NCBI GenBank assembly: GCA_016840425.1
Contig: JAEOSI010000055.1
Span: 1 to 11,258, forward strand
Reading direction: 5' to 3'
Source of the DNA: Candidatus Wukongarchaeum yapensis
GTDB lineage: Archaea > Asgardarchaeota > Wukongarchaeia > Wukongarchaeales > Wukongarchaeaceae
Length of the DNA stretch: 11,258 bases
Both the position numbers and the translations under genes were made by a program. Positions within the stretch are counted from its first letter, which is position 1; each line of letters opens with the position of its first letter. Shown in pieces: positions 7,471-11,258 of this stretch. The notes under the pieces are model-generated. The model saw only the letters and a list, made by a program, of their open reading frames with translations. It was not told where the DNA came from and did no database searches.

Positions 7471-7561
7471 AAAACAAAAAAATGCATGCCTCTTTTCCCG
7501 TTATTTCTGGGTTTTTTCCATGTTTAAGGGATTAGTTTTTCTATATTGAAGTAGGAGGGGT

Positions 7562-7846
7562 TTGGAGCTATTGGGTTCCCTGAATAACGTTAAAAATGAA
7601 TGCCTTATTAAACTCGATTTTGATGATGATTTCGTTGCAAAGTTGATGTTTAAAGCGCTTGGTCCTGAGGCTTCAAGTGTTCTCTTTGAAAGAGTTAAGG
7701 TTTTTTTATCTCTTGAAGGTTGTTCCCTTTTAGTTGCGCTTTCTGCTTCGGATACTGTAGCTCTTAGAGCTGCTATTAATTCTTGGTTAAGGTGGATAAG
7801 CACTTTGGAGAAAGTTTATAACTTATTCGTTAAAAATAAAACGTGA
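7562..7846 (+). CDS. pcc1: KEOPS complex subunit Pcc1
   Basis: ALGPE and C-terminal ASDTVALRAAINSWLRWI motif, size, and conserved position before pfdB. Start is TTG 7562 or 7571, after AGGAGG. Confidence 0.9.
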   Translation: MELLGSLNNVKNECLIKLDFDDDFVAKLMFKALGPEASSVLFERVKVFLSLEGCSLLVALSASDTVALRAAINSWLRWISTLEKVYNLFVKNKT

Positions 7847-7914
7847 ATTTGTTATTTAAGAGGTTTAGACTTCTTTTATGTTGTGTTTATTAGTTGAGTG
7901 AGTGAGTGATGAAG

Positions 7915-8295
7915 ATGGCAACTCCGCAAATATCTCCAGCTTTACAGCAACAGGTTAAGAAGTTTCAAGAGTTACAGATGCAGCTTAACGATCTTAGGGC
8001 TGTTATTGTGCAGCTTGAACAGCAAGTTCGCGAGATTGACCGTTCTTTAAAGGAGCTTGAAAAGCTTCAGTCTGATGATTCTGTGTACAAATCTGTTGGC
8101 GCAATTCTCATCAAATCAAATGTTGAAGACGTTAAAAAAGAGTTAATTGACAGTAAAGAAACAATGGAACTTAGGTTAAAAACGTATAGCAAACAGTTTG
8201 AGAACGCAAAAACCCAGCTGACTTCTTTGAGAGAGAAAATCGTTCAACAGGCCCCACCCTTTGAAGGAGTAGACGGTCCTGATATGGGCGGTTAA
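7915..8295 (+). CDS. pfdB: Prefoldin beta subunit
   Basis: Coiled coil - VYKSVGAILIKS hairpin - coiled coil (ETMELRLKT). Start uncertain among 7906, 7909 and 7915. Confidence 0.95.
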   Translation: MATPQISPALQQQVKKFQELQMQLNDLRAVIVQLEQQVREIDRSLKELEKLQSDDSVYKSVGAILIKSNVEDVKKELIDSKETMELRLKTYSKQFENAKTQLTSLREKIVQQAPPFEGVDGPDMGG

Positions 8296-8299
8296 AATC

Positions 8300-8629
8300 T
8301 TGGTTGCTGATTCGCCTATTCTGCAAAATAAAAAGAAACCCTCTAAGGATTTTGAGATTCTTTTTGAGATCGCGGAAAACGCAGTAAAAGAGCATATTTT
8401 TGCGTGTGTAAAAAAGGTTGAAATAAAAAACCTACAAATAAGTTGTGAATTTGTAATTAATGAAGGCGTAGACCTAACTATTGATGTCAATTTCTCTTTA
8501 GCTAAAGATTCCAAAATTGATGAAAAAAAGCTTGCTAAAGAATCAGTAAACTATGCTTTGAAAAAGATGGATCCAGCTATTGGTGAACTGCTTGAAAAAC
8601 TTAGAAAAAATAAAAGCATTTCTCGATAA
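8300..8629 (+). CDS. DUF3194-like protein
   Basis: EIAENAVKEHIF...IKNLQISCEF...DLTIDV...LAKESVNYA pattern, and the typical position between pfdB and the DHH gene. Confidence 0.7.
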   Translation: MVADSPILQNKKKPSKDFEILFEIAENAVKEHIFACVKKVEIKNLQISCEFVINEGVDLTIDVNFSLAKDSKIDEKKLAKESVNYALKKMDPAIGELLEKLRKNKSISR

Positions 8630-9623
8630 GTTTCGAAACAGTCTAGAAAAAATAAAAAGCAGTTCAAAAGCTTTTATAGGCGTCTCATGCCACCAAAACG
8701 CGGATCCTGACGCGCTAGGATCAGCAATAGCTTTAAAAGAACTCCTAGAGAACCTAAACCCCCAAGTTAGTGTTGAAATTTTCGCCGACTCAATTAACAA
8801 CCCTGCTTCCTACTTAAAAGATTATACAGATACGAAAGTGACAACAGAACCCCTTGAAAAAAACTTAGACCTTCTTTTTATTGTAGACGCTAACAACCTA
8901 GTCCAATTAGGATCCATGTCCCCTCTAGTAGAACTTGCTGAAGAAACAGTGATAATTGATCATCACGAACCCCACTCACAAACTCCTAAAATAACTGACT
9001 ATTTTATAATCTTAGAAGAACTATCCTCCACCTCCGAAATTATTTACCAGCTATTCAAAATGCTAGGAGTAAAAATCTCTCCAAAAAGCGCTTTCGCCTT
9101 AATTGCGGGAATAATTTTTGACACCCGCCGTTTTAGCTTCGCAAGTTCTAACACTTTTTCCATAGTTTCAGACCTCATTCTAAGTGGAGTTAATTATGAT
9201 GACGCCCTATCTCTCTTTGTTTCAGAGATGGATATATCCGAAAAAATCGCCCGTCTAAAAGCAAGTCAAAGAACAAAAATTAAGAGAATCAACGATCTAC
9301 TACTTGTAACATCTGAAGTAAGCACTTACGAAGCTTCCGCCGCAAGAGCTCTCATAGATCTCGGAGCAGACGTCGCAATCATAATCGCAGACAAAGGAAA
9401 AAATGAAGTAAGAGCAAGCTCAAGAGCAAACCCAAAAATGAAAAAAATACAAGGATTTAGCCTAGGAAAAATCATGGAAAAAGCAGGAGAAAAGTTTCAA
9501 GGCGGAGGAGGAGGACACATCTTAGCAGCAGGATTCAAAGGAAAAGGAGACCCAAAAGAAATCATGAAAGAAATAACGGAAAAAATAGAAAAAATAATAA
9601 AAAACTCCCAAAAAAACGCTTAA
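8592..9623 (+). CDS. DHH/DHHA1 phosphoesterase (NrnA/exopolyphosphatase-related family)
   Basis: HQNADPDALGS, VD, IIDHH, GIIFDT and DHHA1 GGGGHILAAG. ORF is open from 8580; TTG 8592 has a GGTGA SD at 8582-8586. Overlaps the end of the DUF3194 gene. Confidence 0.93.
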   Translation: MKNLEKIKAFLDKFRNSLEKIKSSSKAFIGVSCHQNADPDALGSAIALKELLENLNPQVSVEIFADSINNPASYLKDYTDTKVTTEPLEKNLDLLFIVDANNLVQLGSMSPLVELAEETVIIDHHEPHSQTPKITDYFIILEELSSTSEIIYQLFKMLGVKISPKSAFALIAGIIFDTRRFSFASSNTFSIVSDLILSGVNYDDALSLFVSEMDISEKIARLKASQRTKIKRINDLLLVTSEVSTYEASAARALIDLGADVAIIIADKGKNEVRASSRANPKMKKIQGFSLGKIMEKAGEKFQGGGGGHILAAGFKGKGDPKEIMKEITEKIEKIIKNSQKNA

Positions 9624-9668
9624 AACAAATACAAAAAACTAAGAGAATACTAGTAAAAATTTAGAAGA

Positions 9669-10280
9669 CTAAGCAGTCTTTTTATTTTTAACCAGGAAAA
9701 ACTCTACAAGTTTTTTCGATACACCCGTCTCTAATAAAACCTTTTCTATCTCCTTTTCCTCCCCTCCTTCAGCTTTCATCTTCTCATAAAGGAGATGCAA
9801 TGTCTCTAAAACTTCCCAAGGAAAGATCACCCAAACTTCTGTTTCCTTAGCATAATAGTCAGGATCAATTATAGTCCAAGGCTTTTTATACAAAGTTAAA
9901 ATTTTAACCTCTTTTGCCCCTCTCTCTTTCAGCAAAGAATAAATCAAGGCAAGACTCTTACCAGTATCTGCAACATCATCCACAAGTAAAACACTCTCGC
10001 CTCTCACATCTACCCGAAGTCCTTCGCTTATAACAGGCTTATCCCGTGTTTTTGCAACATCTGAGTAAAACTCCACCTTAACGATAGTAAGGTGAATATC
10101 CCGACCAAAATAATCAGAAGCTATCCTAGCAGGAACAAGACCCCCCCTAGAAATACCTACAATCAAAGAAGGTTCAAACCCATCTTCCCTCAACTTCACA
10201 CAAAGGTTTAAAGTCAATTCATACGCTTCATTCCACCCCAAACACTCAAAATTCTGATCTTCCACCAGAAAAAACCCCAC
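9669..10280 (-). CDS. Type I phosphoribosyltransferase, archaeal hypoxanthine/guanine/xanthine PRTase-like
   Basis: IVGISRGGLVPAR, PRPP-binding VLLVDDVADTGKSL, TLYKKP, PDYY and WVIFPWE. Start uncertain (GTG 10280 or 10265). Confidence 0.92.
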   Translation of the reverse strand: MGFFLVEDQNFECLGWNEAYELTLNLCVKLREDGFEPSLIVGISRGGLVPARIASDYFGRDIHLTIVKVEFYSDVAKTRDKPVISEGLRVDVRGESVLLVDDVADTGKSLALIYSLLKERGAKEVKILTLYKKPWTIIDPDYYAKETEVWVIFPWEVLETLHLLYEKMKAEGGEEKEIEKVLLETGVSKKLVEFFLVKNKKTA

Positions 10281-10352
10281 TATTTTTAAAATCCAAACTA
10301 ATTAAAAATAAAAATAAATATTAATCTTTTTTTGGTTTAGAGGTCGAAAAAC

Positions 10353-10934
10353 TTGGAAAAGATAACCGTTACAGGGTTTGAAAACGCAAAAATAGAAGAC
10401 GTTGAAACCTTATTAAAAGAGCTTCAAAAGATAGAAAAAACCCACTCTACAACAATTCAACTCTTTAACAGCAACCTAATCGCCACAAAACAACACCTCT
10501 ATATTAGCGCCTACCACGCCCTCAAAGCCTTTAAAGAAAAAAGAAACATCGCAGATAAAATCAACATGGAAATAATGCTTTACGCCTCAGGACAGCGCCA
10601 AATAGGGAAAGCTATAAGCCTCTTAGGAGTAAAACCAGAAAACAAACAAATAGCAGCAATCATAATCACCAAAGAAAAAAAAGAAAACAACAACAACAAT
10701 AGTAAAGACCATAAAAACGTGATAAAAAAGCTTTTACAACTTTTAAAAGCAAAAGAATCACAAAAAGTTTTAGAAATAACAGAAAAAAAACGAAACATTA
10801 TACTTAAAAAATTCAACATAACAGAAAAAATGCTCGAAGCAACAGCAAAAGAAAAAACAGAAAAAGCCTTAAACAAAGCAATAACCGAACTTATACTAGA
10901 AAAAATAGCCCTTCTAGCCCTAGAAAAAGCATGA
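10353..10934 (+). CDS. cgi121: KEOPS complex subunit Cgi121
   Basis: QLFNSNLIATKQHL...AYHALKAF...EIMLYASGQRQIGKAISLLGVK signature and C-terminal ILEKIALL. TTG start with GAGGT at 10340-10344. Confidence 0.93.
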   Translation: MEKITVTGFENAKIEDVETLLKELQKIEKTHSTTIQLFNSNLIATKQHLYISAYHALKAFKEKRNIADKINMEIMLYASGQRQIGKAISLLGVKPENKQIAAIIITKEKKENNNNNSKDHKNVIKKLLQLLKAKESQKVLEITEKKRNIILKKFNITEKMLEATAKEKTEKALNKAITELILEKIALLALEKA

Positions 10935-11000
10935 AAAAACTGAAAAAAACGAATACTTTTGCTGGTTTAAAAACACCAAAAACAAATAATCTTAATAATC

Positions 11001-11258
11001 TTATGTTTTACGTACTGAAAGTTCTTCTTCTGGTGAATGTATACTGATGCCCGCCCAACCCCCCATTATCTCTATTCTTAGAATTTTATCAGGATTTTTA
11101 AGATCGACCACCCCCCAGTCTATAAGATCCGCAACCTCTCTTATCACCTCATCACTCTCAAGACCCGTAAACCGCTTCCTTAAAGTAACCCTCCACCTCT
11201 CATCCCGAGAAATCTTATGCTTAAGCTTCTCAACACCTTCCTTAATCCTATCCAAATT
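11001..11258 (-). CDS. 3' end of a THUMP-domain RNA-binding protein (Tan1-like), truncated by the window edge
   Basis: Frame is open to the window end. WRVTLRKR...EVIREVADLI...VDLKNPDKILRIEIMGGWAGISI matches the THUMP C-terminal pattern. Confidence 0.8.
   Translation of the reverse strand, partial: NLDRIKEGVEKLKHKISRDERWRVTLRKRFTGLESDEVIREVADLIDWGVVDLKNPDKILRIEIMGGWAGISIHSPEEELSVRKT

Noticed and set aside
7501-8800. Minus-strand ORFs 7501-7803, 8171-8395, 8176-8514 and 8543-8800
   Set aside because: Antisense to well-supported pcc1, pfdB, DUF3194 and DHH genes; no motifs.

Overview
Archaeal chromosomal window. The core (2844-9623, + strand) is the conserved proteasome/exosome superoperon: psmA, SBDS/Sdo1, rrp4, rrp41, rrp42, rpl37ae, pcc1, pfdB, DUF3194-like, DHH/DHHA1 phosphoesterase. 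It is followed by a purine phosphoribosyltransferase (-), cgi121 (+) and the 3' end of a THUMP-domain gene (-). The left 2.5 kb is an accessory islet: a DUF1917/Bles03-like gene, a probable DUF2283 remnant, a Lys-rich orphan with motifs resembling phage polyvalent proteins, a short direct-repeat array and a Cys-rich gene that appears split by a 1-nt frameshift. The most striking signal is not a gene. The + strand flips abruptly from A/C-rich to G/T-rich at 3227/3228, in the middle of psmA and without disturbing the protein, then decays back to A/C-rich over about 6 kb. The skew follows chromosome strand rather than gene orientation and includes intergenic DNA. All family calls come from motif recognition, and all counts are by hand; no database search was run.
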